Shown: positions 8,135 to 17,858 of the stretch, piece by piece
How the letters are laid out: the number at the start of each line of letters is the position of its first letter
Position numbering within the stretch: position 1 is the stretch's first letter
Source: an uncultured Pseudomonadales bacterium
GTDB taxonomy: Bacteria > Patescibacteriota > Microgenomatia > UBA1400 > PJMF01
Direction: 5' to 3'
DNA length: 64,000 nt
Assembly: GCA_964537615.1 (NCBI GenBank)
Contig: CAZIBX010000001.1
Coordinates: forward strand, 1,929-65,928
Translations under genes and position numbers: made by a program
The notes under the pieces: model-generated
Database searches by the model: none
What the model was told of the DNA's origin: nothing
The model's input: the letters and a program-made list of their open reading frames with translations, nothing else

Positions 8135-11100
8135 ATGTGCAAAAACCGGATTTTGTCTGGATTGATAAGTTTTTGGCTGATATGTTTACTGGTGGTAGGA
8201 CTAGGGTGGTCATTTTCTAGACCTGCTTATGCAACTTATGGCTTGCCCGAGTTTAAAACTGATTTGACCTGGTTACTGGGCAACGGATCAGTGTCTGGCG
8301 CCCTACTGTTTAACGCTTTCCGCACCAATCCCGACCCCAGCTTCACCAAACATGTTTTAAGTGACGAGCAAATTCAAGATTTGTGTGATGGCGACTGCGG
8401 AGCCAAAAACATCGGTGTTAACATGGCTACCTTTTATAAAGGCGGTGACTATGCCAGAGCCAGAACTCACAAGATGAACTGGTCACTGGAGATCATCAGG
8501 GCCAACACTTCACCTCAAACTGTAGCCGATATCATCAATAAGGAAGGCGTAGGTAACGTCATCATCAGAATCGGGGTAAGTGGTTCGGCCGAAGGTTTTG
8601 AGAGTCCAGCCACTTATGCTAATTTTTTGCGGGCGGTGGCCAGTCAAGTCGGCGGTAAGCCGTTTTATGCTATCGCCGGCCCCAACGAACCAGATTTGGA
8701 AAAATGGCTTGCCCAGGGCTGTTCTGCGCCCGAACCCAGTGCCGCTGAAGCAGTGAGACGGGCGTACTACAGTTGTATCGGCAAACCATTGGCTGATTAC
8801 ATGAACGCTATGATTTCTGCCGGCCTACCCACCAATGTCCGCCTGCTGTCGCCGGCTTTTAACTTAACCAGCTTTACTTTTGCCGACAACCCCGGTCAAC
8901 CCAGTGGTATCCCAAGGGCTATGAGATCAGCCGGAGCCAAGTTTGACAAACTTTATGCTCTCTCTGGCAACATCTACCCCAACGGTGACAGCATGCAAAA
9001 CATCTGGAATCGTAATGTAGCCGGTGTGGTAGCCGAGTTAGGCAAGCCGATGATAATTACCGAAACCGGCCCGTGGAACAACTTGTTGACTAACCCGGGA
9101 GGACTGGATCTGTCCAAATACCCTGATTACAACGCCTCTGACGGGCAAGTTTATATCAACCCCATCTTGGGACTGAACGGCCCGGCCCGCAATATCGCCA
9201 CCATCAGAAACGACTTGATTAACCAAGGATATGAGGCACGCTGTGCTACCCCGGGCTTTAAAATCGAACTGACCCAATCCGGCCAGGACTGGATGGACGA
9301 CTTTGTGGATCAGTACACGCCCGGTAAAGTTTTTGGTGGAGGTCAAAATGCTTATATCAAAGGCCGACCGGCTCCCGGCCCTTATGGTGAAGGTGACCCT
9401 GTCCGCTCGACTTTAACCATCGATTATCGAGATGTAGAAGTACCCCTGTTTCGGGATGTGGGGGGCAAAATGTTTCTGACCTCATCACTGGAAGAATTTT
9501 TCGGGTTCAAAGACATCACGGCCCAAGACAACACTATCTCTGAAGTTAACTCGTCGGCGATCAACTCTCTCTTATCCAATCTGCAACGCTGTCAGGTAGC
9601 GGCCACGCTTTTAATCAAACAGGAAGAAATGTGTCAAAAACTGCAAAGTCCCGATGCTTGTGCGCTTTATCCGCGCCAAATTCAGGGTACTGATCTGAAA
9701 GTCCAGGATCTGCTTAATCGGTACAAACAAGAGGCGGGATCGGATTACAAGTCTGACGCGACTGTCAGACGGGTCTGTGAAAAACTGCAAGCAGACAGTC
9801 AAGCCAACCCAGAATTAAAACAAGGCCTGTCACTTATGCCACTACATCTCGACCGAGCCTACCGCCTGGCTTTTCTGGTGACGGCTATTCAGTTGCGCTA
9901 TCCCACCTGGGATACCATGTTTCACTTTTTTACCCACCCCAACGCCGGGCCGGTAGACGGGCCGGAAAAACCCACCACAGCTATTCTGGTTAATGCGTTC
10001 AAAGTGCCGGATATCACCACCAATAAAGGCACCGCCACCAGTGGCCAAACACCCTGGACTGACCCGGCCATTTTGACCCGCAACTCTCTTTTGCCCAAAA
10101 ATACTGCTACCAAACTGGAAGAAAAAGCTCAAGAAAAACGCGATACGCTGAAGCTGGCGGCCAGCTACTATGATCAAGCCGAGCAGTCTGAAAAAGATGC
10201 AATTTTTTGCGTAGCCAAAGAAGCTCCGACCGGTATTGGTGGCCCAGAGTGTAATGACGAGTTGTCCAAGGCTTTGACCGACATCATCAATGGCCAAGCC
10301 AAACTTAATCTTCCTCTACTGGAATGTCCACAGGATCCGGCTGACTACCAGATAGAAACCAGCTTAGGTATCACTGACCCGGGATCACTGGATCCGCGCA
10401 CCGATCCCAGTAAGGTTTACAGCGTGCCATTTGGAGCTCAACTGTTGGAAAATATCTTCCGGACTGTGCCTGTGGGAACCCGATACTCTACAGCTGATTC
10501 AACCCATCAAATAGAACCACTTGGCGAAAGCGACCCGATGTTTGCGGAAACTTGGCGCACTGGCGATCCAGAAGGAGATAATCCTCTACCAGGAGTGAGA
10601 GATTGGGGACTGAAAAGCATGTTTCATGTAGTGACACAGATGCAGGACAGGGGTTTTCCTTACTGCTGTAAAGATCAGCGCATCGTCAAACATTATCTGG
10701 TTTATCCAGAAGGATACGACCTGCAAACCGTCGAGGATACTCTGGCCGGTTCTTTTTTCAGCCAAACTCAACTGACGGCTTTACTGGAATCAGAAAAAAA
10801 TTATGATCGGGTCAAAGTTGAGAACGACTCGATTGGGTTTGAGGGTGGACAGTTGAGTAAAACGTTTGCAGATAGCCAGAATACTTCTCCCAACAATAAT
10901 GTTCAGGGCGATCCGGCTTGCGCCAAAGAAGAACGCCTGCCAAATGGTGATACCAGGACTTATTATGCCCTACCCTGCGATCGGACTTTTGAGTTTAAAA
11001 TTGGTCAAAAAAATGAGGCCTTGTCGGCGGGCATACTGGGAGGTAAGTTGGGCTTCTGGCTAAGAGAAGTCCAAAAAACCCTCAACTCTTCTGCCAGTGT

Positions 11101-11599
11101 GGCCCGAGCTTACCTGGATACCTGCGAAACCACCGAGCAGTTTTTGACTGGTCGCTGTGGCGATCAAACCATCACCGCTCCCAAGCGGGAAGAGGACGAC
11201 TGTACCGGTCTCGGGTGTCCGGGAGCACCCGCTCCCTCTGGCCCGGCTCCAACTGGTGTTTGTGATACCAACCAGCCCAACTTGGTGACTGATTTAAGTG
11301 TTGACCAGAACCGCAACTGGTGGCTGGATGTGCGTTGCCCGCAGTGTCAAAGTACCTGGGGAGATATCAGTTTGGACGTAACTACCAACGTGGGTAACTT
11401 CCACTGGGGGCCCAACAACTTGCCCCAGGGGGGGATGTTACGTTTTCCTTGCACTTCATGCAATCCGTCCAGTGTACAAATTTTGCCTTCTGCCGTATCT
11501 GGCGGGCAGTTTTGTATCACTATGAAGCTGACTTCCAACGCCGCCGGCAATCAGTGTCAGCAAGATAGAGAGCGATTTTTATGTGCGCCGGTACCGTAG
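8135..11599 (+). CDS. Large secreted protein with N-terminal clan GH-A glycoside-hydrolase-like domain and Cys-rich remainder
   Basis: Signal peptide ending AYA; GPNEPD (acid/base-like), LLSPAF, KPMIITETG (nucleophile-like); about 800 further aa unassigned. Confidence 0.6.
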   Translation: MCKNRILSGLISFWLICLLVVGLGWSFSRPAYATYGLPEFKTDLTWLLGNGSVSGALLFNAFRTNPDPSFTKHVLSDEQIQDLCDGDCGAKNIGVNMATFYKGGDYARARTHKMNWSLEIIRANTSPQTVADIINKEGVGNVIIRIGVSGSAEGFESPATYANFLRAVASQVGGKPFYAIAGPNEPDLEKWLAQGCSAPEPSAAEAVRRAYYSCIGKPLADYMNAMISAGLPTNVRLLSPAFNLTSFTFADNPGQPSGIPRAMRSAGAKFDKLYALSGNIYPNGDSMQNIWNRNVAGVVAELGKPMIITETGPWNNLLTNPGGLDLSKYPDYNASDGQVYINPILGLNGPARNIATIRNDLINQGYEARCATPGFKIELTQSGQDWMDDFVDQYTPGKVFGGGQNAYIKGRPAPGPYGEGDPVRSTLTIDYRDVEVPLFRDVGGKMFLTSSLEEFFGFKDITAQDNTISEVNSSAINSLLSNLQRCQVAATLLIKQEEMCQKLQSPDACALYPRQIQGTDLKVQDLLNRYKQEAGSDYKSDATVRRVCEKLQADSQANPELKQGLSLMPLHLDRAYRLAFLVTAIQLRYPTWDTMFHFFTHPNAGPVDGPEKPTTAILVNAFKVPDITTNKGTATSGQTPWTDPAILTRNSLLPKNTATKLEEKAQEKRDTLKLAASYYDQAEQSEKDAIFCVAKEAPTGIGGPECNDELSKALTDIINGQAKLNLPLLECPQDPADYQIETSLGITDPGSLDPRTDPSKVYSVPFGAQLLENIFRTVPVGTRYSTADSTHQIEPLGESDPMFAETWRTGDPEGDNPLPGVRDWGLKSMFHVVTQMQDRGFPYCCKDQRIVKHYLVYPEGYDLQTVEDTLAGSFFSQTQLTALLESEKNYDRVKVENDSIGFEGGQLSKTFADSQNTSPNNNVQGDPACAKEERLPNGDTRTYYALPCDRTFEFKIGQKNEALSAGILGGKLGFWLREVQKTLNSSASVARAYLDTCETTEQFLTGRCGDQTITAPKREEDDCTGLGCPGAPAPSGPAPTGVCDTNQPNLVTDLSVDQNRNWWLDVRCPQCQSTWGDISLDVTTNVGNFHWGPNNLPQGGMLRFPCTSCNPSSVQILPSAVSGGQFCITMKLTSNAAGNQCQQDRERFLCAPVP

Positions 11600-11603
11600 G
11601 AAA

Positions 11604-12026
11604 GTTGTTTCGTAAATAATCTAGTTTGTTTGGACATTAAACAGAACTCAACCAACCTATGTTTTATCGATAAGTAATGTTCTTGTTGCGTAAATAACCT
11701 CGTTTGTTTGACTATGACAAGAGTTAACTAAACTCATGATAGTTTATTGCGGTGTAAACACCTACTGTATTGGTTATATATGTCTTTTCAAATTTAGTCT
11801 GCACAAACAAGGTTATTTACTCCACAACCCTATCTCCTGAAGCCAATATGTCTGTCTGAAGGAAAACAAATACAAGTCAACTTTAATCGGAACAAATATT
11901 GTTCTTTGTGCAGGACACAACTTGCAAAATAAGTATTGAGATCATTTAAGAGCTTATTTACACCGCACTAACACCAGAACAATCCAAACAACCCCGTGTG
12001 TCCAAACAAAGAATAATGTTTGTGGA
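11604..12026. repeat. Cluster of degenerate direct and inverted ~30-bp repeats in a convergent intergenic gap
   Basis: TTGTnnnGTAAATAAyCTnGTTTGT at 11604-11634 (+), 11682-11712 (+), 11798-11828 (-); partial copies near 11746-11763 (+) and 11949-11969 (-); inverted pair 11889-11915 / 12000-12026. Confidence 0.7.
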
Positions 12027-12052
12027 GATGGGAAATTGGGGGTATTTAGTTT

Positions 12053-12835
12053 CTACTTACCCTGCCAAACAGTTTTGGGCAATTTTTTGATGACTGACTT
12101 GCTGGGCTTCCAGACACGACTGGCGCCGGCTTGTAACAACTCCGCGACTGTCATAAAAGTATCTGCCCCGACACTACTTGACCTCAATCGATCAGTAACA
12201 CTATCGATACCACTAAGTAAATCAGTGCCGGCAGGCCCGGTCAGGGTCAGGCCACTGGCTTTAATCAGTAGAAAAGCCAGTTCAGACAGAGAAGGTCGCT
12301 GGTCTAGAGTTAAAACTACACTGGCAAACTCCACCGGCTGATCACAGAGAGCGATGCTGGAAGTATTTTTATACTCGTCTTCATAACCGATGTATAACTG
12401 GGCTAGTGAATCCAGGTCTTTCACCCCGACAAAAATCAGTAAGTCCGCCTCAAAGCCGGCATAAGCAAACTCCACGGCTTTGATGTCCAGGGGTTTGGCT
12501 GATGACTTGGGTTTAATCGTCAGGTAAAACCGTTTGTTGGTCTCCCCGATGTGATAACTGATCTTGTCCACCTGTGACTCGACATAGGGAAAACTGATCA
12601 ACAAGTTGCGATTGCCCACTTCTGTTTCCAGATGAGCCAAGCCCTTGGTGATGGGTGAGGTGATTTTTTCTGGACAAACCAACTGGATGGATTTGCCATT
12701 TTCCGTCAAGCTAGTAGCCAGGCCGGCGGCAGTGGCCAGAGCGTCAATTGACGGGCTGGGAGGTAAAATCACTATGACTTGCTGGGACTGATTGATCAGG
12801 GTTGCTGCCGATGTCACAGCAGAAGTGTCAGTCAT
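12053..12835 (-). CDS. DHH-family phosphoesterase-like protein with degenerate catalytic motifs
   Basis: PSIDALATA (motif I-like), DLLIFVG, SLSEL, LLSGIDSVTDRL resemble the NrnA fold; DHH itself is absent. Confidence 0.65.
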   Translation of the reverse strand: MTDTSAVTSAATLINQSQQVIVILPPSPSIDALATAAGLATSLTENGKSIQLVCPEKITSPITKGLAHLETEVGNRNLLISFPYVESQVDKISYHIGETNKRFYLTIKPKSSAKPLDIKAVEFAYAGFEADLLIFVGVKDLDSLAQLYIGYEDEYKNTSSIALCDQPVEFASVVLTLDQRPSLSELAFLLIKASGLTLTGPAGTDLLSGIDSVTDRLRSSSVGADTFMTVAELLQAGASRVWKPSKSVIKKLPKTVWQGK

Positions 12836-12934
12836 AAATACCTCAAAGTACTGCTAAAACTAGTTTAAACATATCAAAAACAAGCAGATCTAGCAAGCGG
12901 GAATATCTGATCAAAACTGTTATAATTAGCACCG

Positions 12935-14761
12935 ATGCGTGCGCGTTTCATGTTCACTAGCGTCGGTGTAGTGGTGACGGCCATAATTTTTGGCTGGCTG
13001 GTGGCCGGTGCAGTTCACGCTCAAGCTCCTACTCCCACTCCAGAACGAGAAATTGCCCCCAATCCTTTTGGCTATCAAATTTTTAAAGATGAAAAAGAAC
13101 AGTATTTAGAGGCAGTCAAAGACTGCTCTACACCATCACTTGAGTGTCTAGTACACAATGTAGCGCGTTTTACAGCCATCGAGTGGGTTTATGAAATCTC
13201 TGGCCCGCAGAGTAGTTGTCAACCAGGTGAGACCGGCCCGGAATGTCTGGAAAGCACCGAAAACTCTATCCCCGCTGATTCCTCCGGTTCTTCCCTACCC
13301 AGTTCCGTCCCTGTAGCCCAAGGCGCCATTGGCGGTATCGGTAAACTGATTTCTGCCATGTACCAACACCCCGTAGCCAACACCGGTACTTATGTGGCTG
13401 ACGTGTTAAACTCGGCTCATATCGCCACTCCGGCTTACGCTCAAGGCCTGGGCTTTGCTGCTCTTGATCCCATCCTGGTGCTGTGGAAAACTTTCCGCAA
13501 TATCGCTTATCTGTTTTTTGTCATAATTTTTGTCATCATCGGTTTTATGATTATGTTTCGCCAGAAGATGGGTAACGCGGCTATCACGGCCCAACAAGCC
13601 ATTCCCAATATCTTAACCGCCCTGATTTTTGTGACTTTTTCCTACGCTATCGCTGGACTTTTGATCGATATGATGTATGTGTTGATGATCCTGATTATCG
13701 GGGTATTTGGTGAAACCTTCCAGGAGGCCGGTCAAAACGTCAACATCCTGACTTTTAATATTCTCAACTTGGTGGGCGTGATGTTCCGTGGAGTGGCAAG
13801 AGTGGGCAATAACGTCGATATTATTTCCAGCTTGCTGGAAGGCCTGGGCGTGTCTGGGTTTCTTAATACCTTGACTAGTTTGTTGGGTGGTTTGACTTTG
13901 ACCCTGGTTTTGGCTATCGCCGTGCTGATCGGGGCCGTCAAGTTGTTTTTTGAACTACTACGCTCATACGCGACTGTGGTGCTATCTGTGGTCACGGCCC
14001 CCATTGTGCTGATGATGGGCGCTATACCTGGCAAAAACGTCTTCATGCCGTGGATTAAAACCATCGCCGGCAACCTTCTGCCCTTCCCCACAGTTTTGTT
14101 GGTGCTAGTCATGTACTACAAGTTTACTGATGGTACTATCCGTGAAGGTGGCGGTTTCATGCCGCCGTTTTTGCTCGGTGGTGGCCAGGGCGGAACGATT
14201 GTGGCTATCATGGGTTTGGCTATCATTTTGGCTCTGCCGGAAATTGTCAAAAAAGTGCGGGACAGCGTGGCACCCAAGGGTGGGATTGGGGAGTTTATAA
14301 CTGATGCTGGCGTGAAAGCTGCCAAAAATGCATGGAGTGGTAAAGTACCAGGTGGATTTAATGCGAAAAATATGTTTACTAGAACTGCCAAGACTCCACT
14401 AGCTGTGGCTGGCGGTTATCTTGGATACAAATATGCTGACAACAAAGCAAATGAACTTGGCCTTGAGGGTAGGGCGCGTAATATCGCACGAGCCGGTGGT
14501 ATACTGGGTGGCGCATCAATTGCTCCAAATATGTTTGGAATAGTAAGAAGAAGAGGTGGTGAGTTTGTGAGCCAGTTGGGTCAAGCCCAAGCTACTAAGT
14601 TCGTTCAAGACATAGAAACGGCCTCTAAACGACGACGCGGGCAAGCGGCCAGCCAGACCAACACAGATATTGCGGCAACTGAAACCACAGTAACTGCGGC
14701 GCCTACAGCGACCACAACGCGTGGTTCAAGTGGTGCCGATCCATCGACTCAAGGGTTATAA
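12935..14761 (+). CDS. Polytopic membrane protein, VirB6/TrbL-like
   Basis: Signal peptide, about seven TM helices, WKTFRNIAY..GFMIMFR, VTAPIVLMMGAIPG..WIK, Gly/Ala-rich basic tail; position in the T4SS-like locus. Confidence 0.65.
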   Translation: MRARFMFTSVGVVVTAIIFGWLVAGAVHAQAPTPTPEREIAPNPFGYQIFKDEKEQYLEAVKDCSTPSLECLVHNVARFTAIEWVYEISGPQSSCQPGETGPECLESTENSIPADSSGSSLPSSVPVAQGAIGGIGKLISAMYQHPVANTGTYVADVLNSAHIATPAYAQGLGFAALDPILVLWKTFRNIAYLFFVIIFVIIGFMIMFRQKMGNAAITAQQAIPNILTALIFVTFSYAIAGLLIDMMYVLMILIIGVFGETFQEAGQNVNILTFNILNLVGVMFRGVARVGNNVDIISSLLEGLGVSGFLNTLTSLLGGLTLTLVLAIAVLIGAVKLFFELLRSYATVVLSVVTAPIVLMMGAIPGKNVFMPWIKTIAGNLLPFPTVLLVLVMYYKFTDGTIREGGGFMPPFLLGGGQGGTIVAIMGLAIILALPEIVKKVRDSVAPKGGIGEFITDAGVKAAKNAWSGKVPGGFNAKNMFTRTAKTPLAVAGGYLGYKYADNKANELGLEGRARNIARAGGILGGASIAPNMFGIVRRRGGEFVSQLGQAQATKFVQDIETASKRRRGQAASQTNTDIAATETTVTAAPTATTTRGSSGADPSTQGL

Positions 14762-14777
14762 AAATCTAAACTTCACG

Positions 14778-17750
14778 TCACCTTTGATATTTAAAGACAC
14801 CTTCTACTTGTTGTGCTATAAGTTCGGTCATTTCTTGAGCATTCTCAACTGTTCCAAAGGATGCGTCCAAGGCAACGGTAATTGCTTTTACAGCATCTTC
14901 GCCGATTGCAGTAGTCAAGTAACTTAGTTTTTCTTTAACTTCTTTTAATTTAACTTTATCAACAGCTAACAAGGTTAAACATCTGGAAAAAACATGGACT
15001 ATTGTAATTCTTCTAAAAACATTTTCTGCTCTAAATCTACCGGCAGAAACCTCAAGACCCCAAACGGGAAAAAATGATGCCGCATACTTTACTTCATTCT
15101 GTTCTATTGGCAACTTATTGACATCGAGCACACTGTCACCTGGAGCATGGCTAAACATTTCATACAATCTAGTTATATTTTTGCCGTTGTTGTACCATTT
15201 TTCTATTCCATTGCTAGGTAAGACCAAGTCCCAAGGAATATATTCGTACATTATTCTGCCATCAGTATTAACAAAATCAGCCGCCGTAATAGGTGGTGGA
15301 ATGTAGCCGGGTTGCTCTGGCCATCTCATAACTGGTGTTTCGTTTGCTAATTGGGTTGGGTTGGCACTATAACGTGAAGTATCTGGATCTCTGAATATCA
15401 TATATTGAAGAGGCATGGGAATAACTTGATAATTTCCTTGTGGATTCTGGTGTAGTAACACCAATGGTAGGTTTGCCAAAAACTCAAAATCTGTTAAATC
15501 TTTTTCTCCTAGTGCTGTTAGTATTTTATTTCTTGCAGATGAGGTGTGTGATGCATCAGGCAAGTTGGCTAATCTAAAGCCTATACGTTCCACAATACCA
15601 TCGGGTTCTTTCATCCTTCTCATGTCATATCTTCCAATGTTATCCAATACATAATGTTTTCCATCGGCAGCGGGTGGTAGGTTTGGGTCATACTTTCTAA
15701 ATAAACAGATTGATTCCAAAATTGACGCTGGAGTTGTGCCCCCAATAACACCCTGACTTACATAGTCGAGCCATTGGTTGGCCTTAAACAGGCTATCATT
15801 TGTAAATGGACTTTTTCCAGGAATCATCATTGATTGATGTAATAGCATTGAATGAAAAAGCCAGGCCTGTCGTACTTCTAGAGGAGAAATGTCGTATCCG
15901 TAAAGAAGCATGGCTGTTCTGGAAATTACTGTATGTAAGTTGTTTTTGTAGCTGCTGATGTGTAGTGATTTATAGTAGTTGTCCAACAAAATTATTAGTT
16001 GCTGCTCTTCTTGGTTGGGAGTTCTACCTTCAGCTATAATTTTGTCTTTCAACATTTTGTGTAACTTATTTTTATATAAATCATCTAAAATCCGCATTAC
16101 CTCACCATGGGTAGTGGGAATAAAATCAGGCAAATTAACAAAGCCATCGGGAGATGAAAAATCTCTAATAGAATCTGCTCTAGATGGTAAGTCTCTTACG
16201 TATGCTTTTTCGTTATCGGGTTGAAGGTCGGGGTCTGGATCATGACCATTGCGTGGATGAATAGCTATAGAAAAATCTTGCTCTGTAATAAAGATTTCTG
16301 GAGTTTGTTGTGGAAACTGTCTCGTAGAATCGGTCTTCTGGTCACCAAAACCAAAAATCATGGGTTCTAGTTTCTGTTCTGCAAAAAATACTCTACGCCG
16401 GAAAGACAGTGTGCGCTGAAAAGCTGCATTGTCCAATTTTATTGCATCTCTTTTAAGAGATAGAACTGGATTTTGGCTCGCCTTTTTTTCTATTAAATTC
16501 AATCTGCCAAAACCTCTTTCGCCCGCGATAACAATATCCCATCCACTGGACTGTGTTGCGGCACTATCTTGAAAATAAAAGTTTGAATTTTTTAAGTCCA
16601 GTTCATCGTCTTGCATTCTATGTTCTATGGCTCTTTTTGTTTCCACATAGTCACACAAAAGAACTCTGCTTTCCAAAGAAAAATATTCTGTATCTTGGCC
16701 AAAAGCTCTTATTCTATCAAGCAAACCATAAAGTTTGCTCAGTCTTTCGGCCAATCTATCAGTCATAACTTCAAGCGTTACAGGTCCCAGCTGTTTAATC
16801 CTATCCAGTTCATCGTCTATCTCTTGTCTTAATTGCGTCTCTGTTTCTAGATCGACAGCAGGAGGGCTAGCTTCTGGCTGTGGGGTATAAGGCTGGTCAG
16901 TTGGTTCTTCCAACTCAATTTCTTCATCTACTGAAACTAATGGACTCGATGTTTGTGTGGCTTCGTCCTGTCTTACCTTTTCTATCGCTGCATCTACCAA
17001 CGCGTGAAGATCATCAAAAAAAGTATATAAATCGGGGTTGGATGCACTGTTAACCCTTGCTTCCTGATCATTGATGCGTTGGTGAAATCTCTCGAGGGCG
17101 GAAATAGTTGTTTCGGCAGTTGATTGTCGGTCTTCAAATCTTTTCAGCACCCTAGCTATTCCCTCTAGAATAAGTTTTGAAAAAGAATCCTTATCAAAAG
17201 ATTGTTCTCTAGTAGATCCACTGGCTTCGACTGTTAATGGGTCTTTTTCCTCCAACTTATCAAGCTCGACCATAATAACTTCCACCAACAATAACTGAAG
17301 TAAGCCTAAGCGTTCATTGTCGGCTTCCTGAACTCCTTGGTCCTCTGTCTGTTCAACACCCTCTGTCTCATCTTCGTCCATACCAAATAAATCTTTATGA
17401 GCCATGATCTCTGTCATGGCGCTTTGCGCCTGAAGATTACCTATGAAATCTACAATTTTATCGAATAATCCTCGGAGTTTTTGAGTTCTCTTTTCTTTTA
17501 TAGCAATCTGTAAAGCTGCGTGTGTGTCAAAATACAATTGCCTAATGTCATTATTTTTTGGTTGTTTTAAAAAACTGGATATTTCAGTTAATTGTTCTTG
17601 GTCAACAACTTCTTGTTTTAAAATATCAGCAACAACTTCAGAAATTTCATCCATGTCAACTCTGGTTTTACCAATCTCAACCAGTTGACCTGCCGTTACT
17701 TTTTTACTCAACAAATCTTTGACGGATAATCCTTTACTGCTTTCGGCCAT
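14778..17750 (-). CDS. Hypothetical 990-aa soluble protein with acidic helical N-terminus
   Basis: Long ORF, TATAAT 7 nt before ATG, visibly more AT-rich than its neighbours, no motif recognised. Confidence 0.8.
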   Translation of the reverse strand: MAESSKGLSVKDLLSKKVTAGQLVEIGKTRVDMDEISEVVADILKQEVVDQEQLTEISSFLKQPKNNDIRQLYFDTHAALQIAIKEKRTQKLRGLFDKIVDFIGNLQAQSAMTEIMAHKDLFGMDEDETEGVEQTEDQGVQEADNERLGLLQLLLVEVIMVELDKLEEKDPLTVEASGSTREQSFDKDSFSKLILEGIARVLKRFEDRQSTAETTISALERFHQRINDQEARVNSASNPDLYTFFDDLHALVDAAIEKVRQDEATQTSSPLVSVDEEIELEEPTDQPYTPQPEASPPAVDLETETQLRQEIDDELDRIKQLGPVTLEVMTDRLAERLSKLYGLLDRIRAFGQDTEYFSLESRVLLCDYVETKRAIEHRMQDDELDLKNSNFYFQDSAATQSSGWDIVIAGERGFGRLNLIEKKASQNPVLSLKRDAIKLDNAAFQRTLSFRRRVFFAEQKLEPMIFGFGDQKTDSTRQFPQQTPEIFITEQDFSIAIHPRNGHDPDPDLQPDNEKAYVRDLPSRADSIRDFSSPDGFVNLPDFIPTTHGEVMRILDDLYKNKLHKMLKDKIIAEGRTPNQEEQQLIILLDNYYKSLHISSYKNNLHTVISRTAMLLYGYDISPLEVRQAWLFHSMLLHQSMMIPGKSPFTNDSLFKANQWLDYVSQGVIGGTTPASILESICLFRKYDPNLPPAADGKHYVLDNIGRYDMRRMKEPDGIVERIGFRLANLPDASHTSSARNKILTALGEKDLTDFEFLANLPLVLLHQNPQGNYQVIPMPLQYMIFRDPDTSRYSANPTQLANETPVMRWPEQPGYIPPPITAADFVNTDGRIMYEYIPWDLVLPSNGIEKWYNNGKNITRLYEMFSHAPGDSVLDVNKLPIEQNEVKYAASFFPVWGLEVSAGRFRAENVFRRITIVHVFSRCLTLLAVDKVKLKEVKEKLSYLTTAIGEDAVKAITVALDASFGTVENAQEMTELIAQQVEGVFKYQR

Positions 17751-17858
17751 ACCACTAATTATAAATCAACAACATTTAAATGTCTTATTCAACCTTGGGT
17801 CTTCAACTTACTTAAAAAAATTAGGTCAACTCAATCTTTTCAAGCTATAATCTAACCC

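Noticed and set aside
11604-12026. CRISPR array
   Set aside because: Copies are degenerate, in both orientations and irregularly spaced; no cas genes seen.
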